Source of the DNA: a virus
Lineage: Duplodnaviria; Caudoviricetes
Length of the DNA stretch: 64,000 bases
Virus record (IMG/VR): IMGVR_UViG_3300029288_000071
Coordinates: 143,031-207,030 of that record
Reading direction: 5' to 3' (one strand)
Numbering within the stretch: the stretch's first letter is position 1; each line of letters starts with the position of its first letter. This document shows positions 20,065-29,090 of this stretch, piece by piece. Position numbers and translations under genes: made by a program. The notes under the pieces were generated by a model. It was given only the letters and a program-made list of their open reading frames with translations. It was not told the DNA's origin and ran no database searches.

Positions 20065-20541
20065 CTAAATTACTAGTACAATAAATAGTGTTAAAGCCAT
20101 TGCTTTTAACATTCCAGAAATTGAAACTCTTGGACCACCTAAAAAAGTTAAAAGATTATATTTCAGGAACTTCCAAAATCCACCATAATTACCTAACCAG
20201 GGCCATTCATAAGGAAATATCCAGGGCCCAATTTCAAAACCAGGTTCCCATTTCCAAGCTTCTTTAGCTTTAGCAAATAAAGGTACCCATATAGCATATA
20301 TAAAATCTTCCCAACCACCAACATGTAAAATTAATTGAAGCCAAAATATTTCTGGAAACCAGATTGCTGCTGTTCCATACCATAGAACAAACATAATAAC
20401 TGTTCGTATTCGATACCAGTTATCCCAAAATTTAGCATCTGCTCCAGGAGCTCTCCATTTTGGTTTAAAATATAATTCTGTAGTAATACAGTCTACTAAA
20501 CTGATTACTAACATTGATATTAAAAGTTTTAAAAATATCAT
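20065..20541 (-). CDS. hypothetical Trp-rich membrane protein
   Basis: Several hydrophobic segments; GWEDFIY. Confidence 0.6.
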   Translation of the reverse strand: MIFLKLLISMLVISLVDCITTELYFKPKWRAPGADAKFWDNWYRIRTVIMFVLWYGTAAIWFPEIFWLQLILHVGGWEDFIYAIWVPLFAKAKEAWKWEPGFEIGPWIFPYEWPWLGNYGGFWKFLKYNLLTFLGGPRVSISGMLKAMALTLFIVLVI

Positions 20542-21281
20542 TTAAAATATTCCTTTGCTTTTTCGTTATAGTAATCTATAACTTCTTTATTTATTTGATA
20601 ATATCTATCATACCATTGTTTATGAGCATGTCTACCGCCTTCATTTACAATTCGGTAAACTAATGATTCATACAAAAGATTTCTTTTTTCTGAATCAGAA
20701 CCTATTTCTGCTTTTTCTAAAATAGGAAAACCATCTGGAGATTTTTTAATATCTTGACTAGTTTTATCTAAAGCATTTTTATGTATAATTTTAATTGCTG
20801 TAGTTGGTATAATTTTAGGCTGTCTATTAAAATTCATGATTTCATGAACTAAACCATACCATTGGAATAAATTATTTGCTTTATAGAATAAGTTCTTAGT
20901 TTCCCAAACATCTCCTCGTTGCATATACATTTGAATACTCATCATATCAGGATCAGTAGCCATATCCTTTTCTAACTGTTCTTTATTTATTTCTATTTGA
21001 TCTACATCAACCGCAATAAATATCCAATTTTCTGGTGGAACTTTAGTATGTAAGAAATTATAAACAGTATCAAATCCACTCTTGTAAATAAAGTTTTCTT
21101 TTCCATAGAATATTTTAACTTTACTGTTTTCAGCTTCAATAGCTTTATATTGTTCTTGAGTTTGGAGGTTATTAGTAAAAGCAAGATATCTGTCGACGAG
21201 TCCGCCGATTTGCTTTTCTATTGATTCTACCATATTTTTATAACCTTCAGGTCGTCTTGTAACAGTTATAATACTAATCAT
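20538..21281 (-). CDS. GT2-like glycosyltransferase
   Basis: ISIITVTRRP N-terminal strand, WIFIAVDVD (DxD), W.G.VHE, IIH. Start set at MISII with an AGGA RBS. Confidence 0.7.
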   Translation of the reverse strand: MISIITVTRRPEGYKNMVESIEKQIGGLVDRYLAFTNNLQTQEQYKAIEAENSKVKIFYGKENFIYKSGFDTVYNFLHTKVPPENWIFIAVDVDQIEINKEQLEKDMATDPDMMSIQMYMQRGDVWETKNLFYKANNLFQWYGLVHEIMNFNRQPKIIPTTAIKIIHKNALDKTSQDIKKSPDGFPILEKAEIGSDSEKRNLLYESLVYRIVNEGGRHAHKQWYDRYYQINKEVIDYYNEKAKEYFK

Positions 21282-21289
21282 GATTGAGT

Positions 21290-21526
21290 GTTCCTTTTCG
21301 ACAGCATGACAGAGAAGCATGCTTTCTGTAAACTGTATTACTATTTAAATTTAAAAAGTTATCTGAAAACAGACACGTCCACTAGACAAACAAAAGCTAC
21401 GCGAGACAGGAGATGATGGTTCACGACGCCACCAACGGAGACATTCATAATCTCCACTTTACAGTGTGAGCGGATCTCGTTTTACTTTCCATTCAAGAAA
21501 CAACAAATAGTCTGCATTTATGTTGA
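21290..21526. ncRNA. candidate structured RNA or cis-element, family unknown
   Basis: ~245 nt ORF-free, GC-elevated gap with several stems (see findings). Confidence 0.35.
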
Positions 21527-21871
21527 CTATTCAACTTCTGAAACTATAATTTTTAAATTATCTTCTAACCATTTTGCTACAATTATTCTATGACAAAAAT
21601 CTCCAGATTTTTCATAGCATAATAAAACTTTATTATCTAAATCTTCAGCAACTTTTTTAGGATCTAACTTTGATAGAATAGAATTTTTATATTCACATAT
21701 ATAACAAATCTGATCAAGTCTTGTTTTATTACTAGCTTTGTAAGTAAAAAGAATTTCTGGAGTTGGAACTAAATTTTTATATACTTCACCTTTGAACCAT
21801 TTGGGAGTATATAAAGCAATTGAGATACCATTATCTCCTTTATATTTTGCAAAGTAACTAGTTTGTATCAT
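21527..21871 (-). CDS. DUF488-like protein
   Basis: TSYFA, ISIA, L.PT, LLCYEK...FCHR..VA.WL. Confidence 0.8.
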   Translation of the reverse strand: MIQTSYFAKYKGDNGISIALYTPKWFKGEVYKNLVPTPEILFTYKASNKTRLDQICYICEYKNSILSKLDPKKVAEDLDNKVLLCYEKSGDFCHRIIVAKWLEDNLKIIVSEVE

Positions 21872-22077
21872 TTCTTCTTCTTAAAGATTTCAAGACGTAC
21901 ATCAAAATCTTTTAATGTAGCTTCTTTTAATAAATTTCTTTCTTCAAGAGTTAAACTTTCAATTAACTTACCAGGCTTATTATTCTTATTCCCAGGATAA
22001 GGAATCCAGCGACCATAAAATCCAGAAGCAGCCATCATTATTATTTTATCGATTAATATATCTAATTTATAACTCAT
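21868..22077 (-). CDS. hypothetical protein
   Basis: 69 aa ORF coupled to neighbours. Confidence 0.5.
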   Translation of the reverse strand: MSYKLDILIDKIIMMAASGFYGRWIPYPGNKNNKPGKLIESLTLEERNLLKEATLKDFDVRLEIFKKKK

Positions 22078-22840
22078 CTCTAAATTTTTTATAGCTTAAT
22101 CTATGTGATTCTTCTTGTGTGATGAATTCAATTCTGCACCAAGGATAGATAAAGACATAATGGCCAGCATCTGTTTTATTAATAAAATTATCAAGATAAT
22201 TGTTATTGTAAACATTATCATAAACAATTGTTTTGATACCACACATAGCAGACCAAGTTTTAGCAAATGAATCACATCCAATTACTAAATCTGAACCTTT
22301 AATAAATTCTAAAGTTTCTTTAATTGAACTAAATTCTTTACTATCTAAAATTAACCAATCATGATACTTATCGTAGATAAGTTCTAATTCTTTATCAGAT
22401 ATTTTTCTAATTTTACTTGAACCTTCTACTTTAGAACCTTCAGCTTGAATAAACAATTGCTTATGAGACTTATCAGCAATTTTTTCAGCTTTAATTAATT
22501 TAGTAAATTCTGGGAATTCTTTTACTTTATAGTCTTTAAAGATATTAACTTTACTCCATTGAGGATAATGTAAATTTTGTGGCAGTATTCCCGTGCCTAC
22601 ACAACTCTTATTTGTAAAAAGTTCATGAAGTAACTGCCAGTCGTTCTGAACGATAAGTACTTTTCCAAGTTTAGGGAAAAGCTTGTAAAGTTCTTTAATC
22701 TTATCAAGATCATTAGCTAGGAAAATGACATTTGCTTTTTGATCTTCTGGAATATCATCATAGAAAGTGCTAAGCAGTAATAGAAAATCTCCTATTCCAC
22801 CATTTCCTAAATAAAATTTTCCTATAATGTCTACATTCAT
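22067..22840 (-). CDS. GT9 (heptosyltransferase)-like glycosyltransferase
   Basis: GGIGDFL; L..IKGSDLVIGCDS...SA..GIKT. Confidence 0.65.
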   Translation of the reverse strand: MNVDIIGKFYLGNGGIGDFLLLLSTFYDDIPEDQKANVIFLANDLDKIKELYKLFPKLGKVLIVQNDWQLLHELFTNKSCVGTGILPQNLHYPQWSKVNIFKDYKVKEFPEFTKLIKAEKIADKSHKQLFIQAEGSKVEGSSKIRKISDKELELIYDKYHDWLILDSKEFSSIKETLEFIKGSDLVIGCDSFAKTWSAMCGIKTIVYDNVYNNNYLDNFINKTDAGHYVFIYPWCRIEFITQEESHRLSYKKFRDEL

Positions 22841-22889
22841 AGTGGTTCATCCAATGGATGTACAAAACCTGGTATTTATTAAATCGTTG

Positions 22890-22958
22890 TTATTCATCTT
22901 GAACTTTTCTTTTAAATAAGTCCCAATTACCGAATTCTTTAGTTAGTTCTGCTGCTAA
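22890..22958 (-). pseudogene. orphaned duplicate C-terminus of the upstream gene
   Basis: Directly after the TAA at 22959-22961 the same frame reads LAAELTKEFGNWDLFKRKVQDE*, versus LAAELPKEFGNWDIFKKLLE* in the gene. Confidence 0.85.
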
Positions 22959-23891
22959 TTATTCTAATAATTTTTTGAAAATATCCCAATTTCCAAATTC
23001 TTTTGGCAATTCAGCAGCAAGACAATCTATTTTTAAATCAACTCTTTCACCTAATTCTTGAGAAATTATATTTTTTGCTGTATTTCTAATTCCATTAATT
23101 GAGTGCGTAAATTTTAGCAGTTTGTCTTGATCCATATCTCCAGCTCTAGCTTTTGATTCGTTTTCCCAAATAACTCTGTTAGCGAGTTGAATAACAAGAA
23201 TAGCCCAAGTAATTTTAGCATTAAGTTTTATATTTTTTTCTTTAATCAAAATATCAATATCATTTGATATATCTAAAGCTTCTTTTCTATATTCTTCTGC
23301 GTGTTCAGGTATAAAAATTTCTTTCATTTGAGATATGCAGAGTCTATCAATAAGATCTGAAAAGCTTGGAAGATATTTTCTTTTTTCACTGAAATAAAGA
23401 ATCCATCTATTTCTATTGACATTTGTTTTTGAATGACATGTTTTACATAAACAAACAAGATTATTTGTGTTGCTATTTTTTTTATTATAATCAATATGAT
23501 GAACTACTAATTTTTCTCGTAAATAAGGTATATTACAAATCTGACAAGTATTTACATCTCTTTTTATAATAAAATCTTTTAATTTTTTGGTAAATTCAGG
23601 ACTATAATCTCCAACAAATCCTATGCGATAATTCCAAGGATGTTTTCCTTTATTTGCTTTAGAAATTTTTAATTTTTGTTCAGTTGATAATTTTTTTCCT
23701 GTATTAGCTATACTGATTTTTAAATTTCTAGCTTTAACCATAATAGGATCATGTTTTTTACCTTTATTTGCTAAACTGATCTTTTCTTTAGTTTTATCTG
23801 ATACAGAATGTCCCATTAAAGTTTGTTTAATTTTTTCTTTTTGTTCTGATGTTTTAAGATATTTTCCCGATCTTCCTTTAACTCCAGACAT
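22959..23891 (-). CDS. NUMOD3-HNH endonuclease fused to a helical DUF4254/DUF6165-like domain
   Basis: NUMOD3-like repeats (KISxANKGK); CQIC..VHHIDYNK.N...NL..LC..CH HNH; C-terminal LIDRL.I.Q.KE...N..IW..E...R...N..R...KN. Confidence 0.8.
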   Translation of the reverse strand: MSGVKGRSGKYLKTSEQKEKIKQTLMGHSVSDKTKEKISLANKGKKHDPIMVKARNLKISIANTGKKLSTEQKLKISKANKGKHPWNYRIGFVGDYSPEFTKKLKDFIIKRDVNTCQICNIPYLREKLVVHHIDYNKKNSNTNNLVCLCKTCHSKTNVNRNRWILYFSEKRKYLPSFSDLIDRLCISQMKEIFIPEHAEEYRKEALDISNDIDILIKEKNIKLNAKITWAILVIQLANRVIWENESKARAGDMDQDKLLKFTHSINGIRNTAKNIISQELGERVDLKIDCLAAELPKEFGNWDIFKKLLE

Positions 23892-23893
23892 TT

Positions 23894-24241
23894 TTACTTG
23901 TCCTCTTCATATTCTATATATTCGATAGGAATTCCTAATTTGTTTGCTATTTTTATCTCACCAGTTACACCAATAGAAGTTTCCCAGCCTTCAAGTTTAT
24001 AAACTAATAATTTATTAGAACATGATAAGTAAGCTTCATCAAAATGCTTCCAAAATTCCCAATCAGTTGGTAATTCATTATGTTTATTAATAGAATGACA
24101 ATGAGATATTGGAGAAAATACTATAATTCCTTGTTTCATTAATTTTGCAGTCATTTTATTAACTTCAGCAAAACGCCATTCTTTAATTTCAGGATCAGGA
24201 TGTGAATAAGGTACTGCTAAATAGACTAACGGTTTATTCAT
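23894..24241 (-). CDS. DUF1937 / nucleoside 2-deoxyribosyltransferase-like protein
   Basis: YLAVPYSH, FSPISH.H, W...D..YL, GW..S.GV..E. Confidence 0.8.
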   Translation of the reverse strand: MNKPLVYLAVPYSHPDPEIKEWRFAEVNKMTAKLMKQGIIVFSPISHCHSINKHNELPTDWEFWKHFDEAYLSCSNKLLVYKLEGWETSIGVTGEIKIANKLGIPIEYIEYEEDK

Positions 24242-24244
24242 ATA

Positions 24245-25975
24245 TTATATTGATTTTAAAAATTTTTCGAGTTCTTTAGATACTATTTCAACTTTTAATC
24301 CTGACATACATTCATATTGTTTTGGATTTTCACATTTAGATACAAATGTGAATCCTTGATCAGTTTGATTTACGTATTGTCTACCTTTACAATGCAGACA
24401 ATCTATTTGATTAGTTACTTGGTAGACTTTAGGATTTTTAGTAGTAAATTTAGGTAAAGCAGCTCCTGCTATTACAAAACATCTTTTATTAAAAGCTGCA
24501 GCAATATGCATTGGGCCGCAGTCACTGCCCACAAAAAATTCACAATATCTCAAATAGTTAAGCATTACTTTAAAATCATTATTAGGATTTGTAAAAATTA
24601 GTGGGTCACCCTCAACTTGAGCTACTCTAAGATTACTAACGAAAGCAATTTTATAACCTTTTAATTGAATTTCATTTAAAATCTGTTTCCATGCACCCAT
24701 ATCCCATTCTTTTCCGCCCCAACCACTACCACCAAGTTCTACAGCTACATAATGTTCAGTAATTAATCTAGGTTCTTCATATTTTAATCTGGGTACTTTT
24801 TCATGCTCAGGAACATCTGGAACAATAGTTAATTCTCCATCAACTTCTTTTACTTGTTCTTTGAATCCTGCTGTAGTGAAATATCCATCGATATAATTGA
24901 TATTTTTTCTTGATTCATATGCTAAATCAAAATCAAATCTTAAATCATAACCTTTCTTATCATAAAGAATATCTTGAATAAGAGCTTGTTCATTTTCTAG
25001 ACCAATAATTTCATCTGGTTTTGATTCAAAATATGGAACAATTTCTTTAGCATTTCTGCTATTGGATGCAAAAAATGTTATTGCTGCATTTGGATATTTT
25101 CTTCTTAATGCTCTTACAACTGGTTCAGCTAATAAAACATCTCCCATACCAATTGTTCTTTTAACAGCAATCTTTTTAATTGATAGAGGATCTAAATTAC
25201 TAATTCTATTAAGAATATTATTGTTATAATCTTGCCATTGCAAAGATCCAACTACAGTTGGATATTCTGTTTTTATATCTAATTCTCCATCTTTTTCAAT
25301 AACAACTTCAATATTTTTATCAGATACAGGTTTGCCTAAAGCTACTTCTTTGGGTCTTGGATCCACCCATTGCATCACAGTAATTTCTTCAGGAATTGCA
25401 ACTCTATATGATTCTAATTGTTTAATTATCAATCCTGGATAAAACACTGCATTTGCTCCATTTGTAGTAACAATACATTTACTCCAATCAACAATAATTT
25501 TTTTCAAATGACAAAACTCATCAACTGAAAAACTTTCTGCTATAGGAGTTTTATCTATTTTATAATTGATTGTATTTGCTGGAGCACTTTTTTCAACTAT
25601 ATTCTTAAGTTCTGTAAAAGAAAAACTCCAAGAAGATTTGTCATCCCATTCAAATAAATCTAGATGATGTTCTATATGACGAGGGTACCAATCAACTGGA
25701 TTAACAGATTTATAAAATATAAAATCACCTAAAGCTTCTCTTTGGGGTTTAAGTAAAAGCTCTAGAGAACCCATATCACACTCAAAATACCTGATATTGG
25801 TTTTTTCTTTCCAATTATCTTTTAGAGTTTGTAAATCATTTCTTTTGAAGCATGAAACAATTATGTCTAATTGTTTAAATGTTTGGCTGAATACTGATTT
25901 GAGAGCTTCATTTACTGCAGGGAGTGGAGCAACTTCAGCTAAAACAATTACTGTAACTAATTTATTTTTTTGCAT
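24245..25975 (-). CDS. GT2-like + GT9-like bifunctional glycosyltransferase
   Basis: N-terminal ALKSVFSQTF GT2 start; C-terminal RTIGMGDVL, KEW, FVGSDCGPMHIAAA, C..C...C...CM. Confidence 0.85.
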   Translation of the reverse strand: MQKNKLVTVIVLAEVAPLPAVNEALKSVFSQTFKQLDIIVSCFKRNDLQTLKDNWKEKTNIRYFECDMGSLELLLKPQREALGDFIFYKSVNPVDWYPRHIEHHLDLFEWDDKSSWSFSFTELKNIVEKSAPANTINYKIDKTPIAESFSVDEFCHLKKIIVDWSKCIVTTNGANAVFYPGLIIKQLESYRVAIPEEITVMQWVDPRPKEVALGKPVSDKNIEVVIEKDGELDIKTEYPTVVGSLQWQDYNNNILNRISNLDPLSIKKIAVKRTIGMGDVLLAEPVVRALRRKYPNAAITFFASNSRNAKEIVPYFESKPDEIIGLENEQALIQDILYDKKGYDLRFDFDLAYESRKNINYIDGYFTTAGFKEQVKEVDGELTIVPDVPEHEKVPRLKYEEPRLITEHYVAVELGGSGWGGKEWDMGAWKQILNEIQLKGYKIAFVSNLRVAQVEGDPLIFTNPNNDFKVMLNYLRYCEFFVGSDCGPMHIAAAFNKRCFVIAGAALPKFTTKNPKVYQVTNQIDCLHCKGRQYVNQTDQGFTFVSKCENPKQYECMSGLKVEIVSKELEKFLKSI

Positions 25976-25986
25976 TAAGTAAACCT

Positions 25987-26439
25987 TTATTTAATGTTTT
26001 CAAAATTTATAATTGCTTCTAATTCTGTTTCTATTTTAACCAATCCTTTAGTTTTATGTGTAATCAAAATACAATTCAAATAATTTGTCCAATTAATTTT
26101 ATGAGTTTTGTCAACAACATTTTTTTGAGTTTCTTCCATTATAATTGAATTTAATGAATTCAATGTATATAAAGTATTGGTTTCTTTTTTTCGATGTAAT
26201 GCTATAGTCCCAGGAATACAACAATCAAATTTAATTTTTTCATCATTTAATAAAATATTATAAGTTAAAATTAACTTATCATTATCTTCTTTATTTTTTA
26301 ACACAAAAATTTTGTACCCAATAATAACAAAATTTTCTTTAATTTGTTTAATCGAGTTGTCTAATTCAGGTCTATCTATAAAAGAAGCTAATAGAACAGT
26401 TTTTTGATTGGAACCTGGAGTAATTATCTGTGTCTGCAA
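25987..26439 (-). CDS. hypothetical phage protein
   Basis: 150 aa with its own promoter. Confidence 0.65.
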   Translation of the reverse strand: MQTQIITPGSNQKTVLLASFIDRPELDNSIKQIKENFVIIGYKIFVLKNKEDNDKLILTYNILLNDEKIKFDCCIPGTIALHRKKETNTLYTLNSLNSIIMEETQKNVVDKTHKINWTNYLNCILITHKTKGLVKIETELEAIINFENIK

Positions 26440-26460
26440 GTGTATTCCTTTGTTAAAATA

Positions 26461-26489
26461 AATATATTCAAAATTTATAGAGTTGTAAA
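26461..26489 (-). promoter_or_regulatory. sigma70-like promoter at the head of the glycan island
   Basis: Minus strand TTTACA-17nt-TATATT in an intergenic gap. Confidence 0.65.
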
Positions 26490-26494
26490 TAAAA

Positions 26495-27751
26495 CTATTT
26501 TAAAATTTCAAAACTTTTTGACTTATCATCAACTTCAGGAGTTAAATCAATTTTATCTTCCTCTCTAAGTCCAATATTTCCAGTACCAACTCCCGCAGTA
26601 GATTTTTTAAGTTCAGAAGGTGCTTTAGAATTAATTGCTGCAGGTTTTAAGTCTTGAGGACCTTCTTCAGTTAAGTCAGGCTCGATAAGTTTCATAACAT
26701 CACTCCAATTATCAAATTTAACACCACGATCATCAATATAAAATTTACAAACAGGTTTTATTATAGAAACTTTATTAAAAGGAACTTGTAATCTATTAAG
26801 TAATCCCTCTATATTTGCTTGTAAAGATTGCCATTGTTCTTTAGGAGTAAAGGCAAATCGAGCAGTATAAATCACTATTTCATAGCCTTTTTCTTTAAGT
26901 TTTTCTAATGCTTCTTTTGCTCCATCAATTAAGTTCTGTTCTTTATCAATTAAAGTATTGTCTAAATCTACAGCAATAGTTTCAGGTTTCTTAGGAGGTT
27001 GGACAGTAGTCATTGGGCCTTCAATAAGTGACTTATCTTCTTCTTCTAATTGCTTGCCATAAATTCTATTTCTTAATTCTCGTACTACTTCTTTAACAAA
27101 TTCTCTAAATTTCAACTTACCAGATTGGAAATACTCTTCATAAATTTCAGGAGATCCATCAAACTTAATTTTGCCATTAATATTAATATATTTTGAGCCT
27201 TCTGGAGTTACTCTTAATTTATTATCAAGATGAGATTCTAATTGCTGAATATGATTATTTAGTACTTCAACTTCTGAAATATATTGAGGTTTAAGATCTT
27301 CAATAATTTTTTTAGATATTTCATAGTAAAGTTTTAAAACTCTATTAAGTCGTTCTTGTTTATTTGCTTTAGAAGCTATTTGACCTTTTTCTTGTAAACC
27401 AGAATGTGTAACATACCATGAATAATATGCATCAGGACTTAATAAATTAGGCTTTCCTGATTGTACAGGTGGAATTTTTTGTCCTTCAAAAAGATCTTTA
27501 CCCACTACATAAATGCCATCATCATCTTCTGATGTTACTCGATCAACCCATTTTTGACTGAAATGCATTTTTGTTTCATTTTGCTTTTTAAAATATACTT
27601 TACCAAAATACCCTAGCCAATGTTCAAATGTAATTTTAGTGTTAGGATATTTTTGTTTAAAAGCATTCCAATGCTGAATAAGTTCATCTGGAGTCCAAGG
27701 ACCTCTAATCTTGTATTTTTTTATTATGTCAAGATATTCTTTTCTTTCCAT
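26495..27751 (-). CDS. multidomain protein with a C-terminal HAD-family phosphatase
   Basis: IAVDLDNTL (DxD), IYTAR, KP..FYIDDR. Confidence 0.75.
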   Translation of the reverse strand: MERKEYLDIIKKYKIRGPWTPDELIQHWNAFKQKYPNTKITFEHWLGYFGKVYFKKQNETKMHFSQKWVDRVTSEDDDGIYVVGKDLFEGQKIPPVQSGKPNLLSPDAYYSWYVTHSGLQEKGQIASKANKQERLNRVLKLYYEISKKIIEDLKPQYISEVEVLNNHIQQLESHLDNKLRVTPEGSKYININGKIKFDGSPEIYEEYFQSGKLKFREFVKEVVRELRNRIYGKQLEEEDKSLIEGPMTTVQPPKKPETIAVDLDNTLIDKEQNLIDGAKEALEKLKEKGYEIVIYTARFAFTPKEQWQSLQANIEGLLNRLQVPFNKVSIIKPVCKFYIDDRGVKFDNWSDVMKLIEPDLTEEGPQDLKPAAINSKAPSELKKSTAGVGTGNIGLREEDKIDLTPEVDDKSKSFEILK

Positions 27752-27755
27752 TATT

Positions 27756-29051
27756 TTATTTTAACTCTTCTATAGAAACTTCAAAATCAACATATTGTCT
27801 AAATGAATAAGGAATTGTTCTATTAATTAATCCAGTCTGTATTGCTTGTTTAGCTTGTTCTAATTCTGGTTTATAAATATCAAAGAGAAAGTTATCATAG
27901 ACAACATAAGGTAACATTACACTTCTTAAGTTCTTTTCTTTAAATTCTTTTTGAGTTTCTATAATTGCAATTTTGCATAAATCTGCAACAGTCATTTGAT
28001 TAATTGCATTAAAAGCTTTAGTTTCAAATTTTTCATTTGTTTCAAAAAACCTTGTTTTACCAAATTTAGTGGTTAACTTTAGATTTTTTCTAGCTTCTTT
28101 AATAATTTCTTTTTTATATGCAGCTATATTCGGATAAGTAGAAAAGAATTCATTACTGAATTGATAAGAATCTCCATACATAGTTGCTAAAACTGTTTCT
28201 TTATTCTCTTCTCTTTCTTCTTTAGTAATTTCCTGTCTTCCTAAGATAGCTCTTCCCAATAAAGTATAAGGATCTTTCTTTTCACCTTCAATTTTTTCTT
28301 TACTTATTGCTGCTGCAACTCTAAATTCTGCATTTTTCCAGTCAGCATTTAGAAGTATTCCATCTTTACCAAATCTAGATGAACAAGTTTCAATAAATTT
28401 TTGTTTTGATACTACTTGATAACAATATGGAGTAGTATTTACTAATCTTCCTGTTATAACTCTATCATATTCATATCGTGGAATTGTAATTTCATTTTTA
28501 AAATGAATTCCTGTTTCTTCTAATAGAGTTAAGTAAATTAAAAATTCTCTAAATAAATCATAATAAGCTGAAACATCTAAAGATAACTTTATTTTCTTAA
28601 GTTGAGATCCAATTTTGAAAGCTGTAGTAGCATCTTTCTCTAAAAATACTTCAATTAAAGAAAGCGGAATTAATTCCCAATTTTCTTCATTTTGAATTCT
28701 CCAAATTTTTTGAATCCTACTTTGTTCATCAGCTAAAGTAATGTTCAAATTTTTTTGAGCTAAATTTGAGATATCAATGTTTAAAGCATTTTTATAAATA
28801 TTAAAAAAAGCTCTGCAATCAAACAAATTCAAACTTAATAGATAATCAGCTCCTAAGAAAGATAAAGATCTATACACTGTCCTAGAATCATTTACAATTA
28901 AAATATTGCCCCATTCTTTCTTAAGTTTCTCAATCCAAGATTTAATATTTGCTTCATTGTATACAAAATAAGAAAGATTCGGATGAAACTCTGAATATCT
29001 ACAAATGATACCTGTATTTTTTGAAAATGGAACTATTGAAAAACCTATCAT
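27756..29051 (-). CDS. short family-A DNA polymerase-like protein
   Basis: ITGRL; motif A NADWKNAEFRV; motif B R...K...LATMYG; N...Q...AD; motif C-like VYDNFLFD. Confidence 0.75.
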   Translation of the reverse strand: MIGFSIVPFSKNTGIICRYSEFHPNLSYFVYNEANIKSWIEKLKKEWGNILIVNDSRTVYRSLSFLGADYLLSLNLFDCRAFFNIYKNALNIDISNLAQKNLNITLADEQSRIQKIWRIQNEENWELIPLSLIEVFLEKDATTAFKIGSQLKKIKLSLDVSAYYDLFREFLIYLTLLEETGIHFKNEITIPRYEYDRVITGRLVNTTPYCYQVVSKQKFIETCSSRFGKDGILLNADWKNAEFRVAAAISKEKIEGEKKDPYTLLGRAILGRQEITKEEREENKETVLATMYGDSYQFSNEFFSTYPNIAAYKKEIIKEARKNLKLTTKFGKTRFFETNEKFETKAFNAINQMTVADLCKIAIIETQKEFKEKNLRSVMLPYVVYDNFLFDIYKPELEQAKQAIQTGLINRTIPYSFRQYVDFEVSIEELK

Positions 29052-29058
29052 AATGAAT

Positions 29059-29087
29059 AATATAAAAATCTTAAATACAATTGTAAA
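29059..29087 (-). promoter_or_regulatory. sigma70-like promoter, probably giving a leaderless mRNA
   Basis: TTTACA-17nt-TATATT with the -10 ending 7 nt before the ATG at 29051. Confidence 0.65.
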
Positions 29088-29090
29088 CTT

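Noticed and set aside
21415-21436. tRNA/tmRNA-like 3' end (ggttcacgacgccacca) on the plus strand
   Set aside because: No canonical T-loop, acceptor stem or anticodon arm could be built
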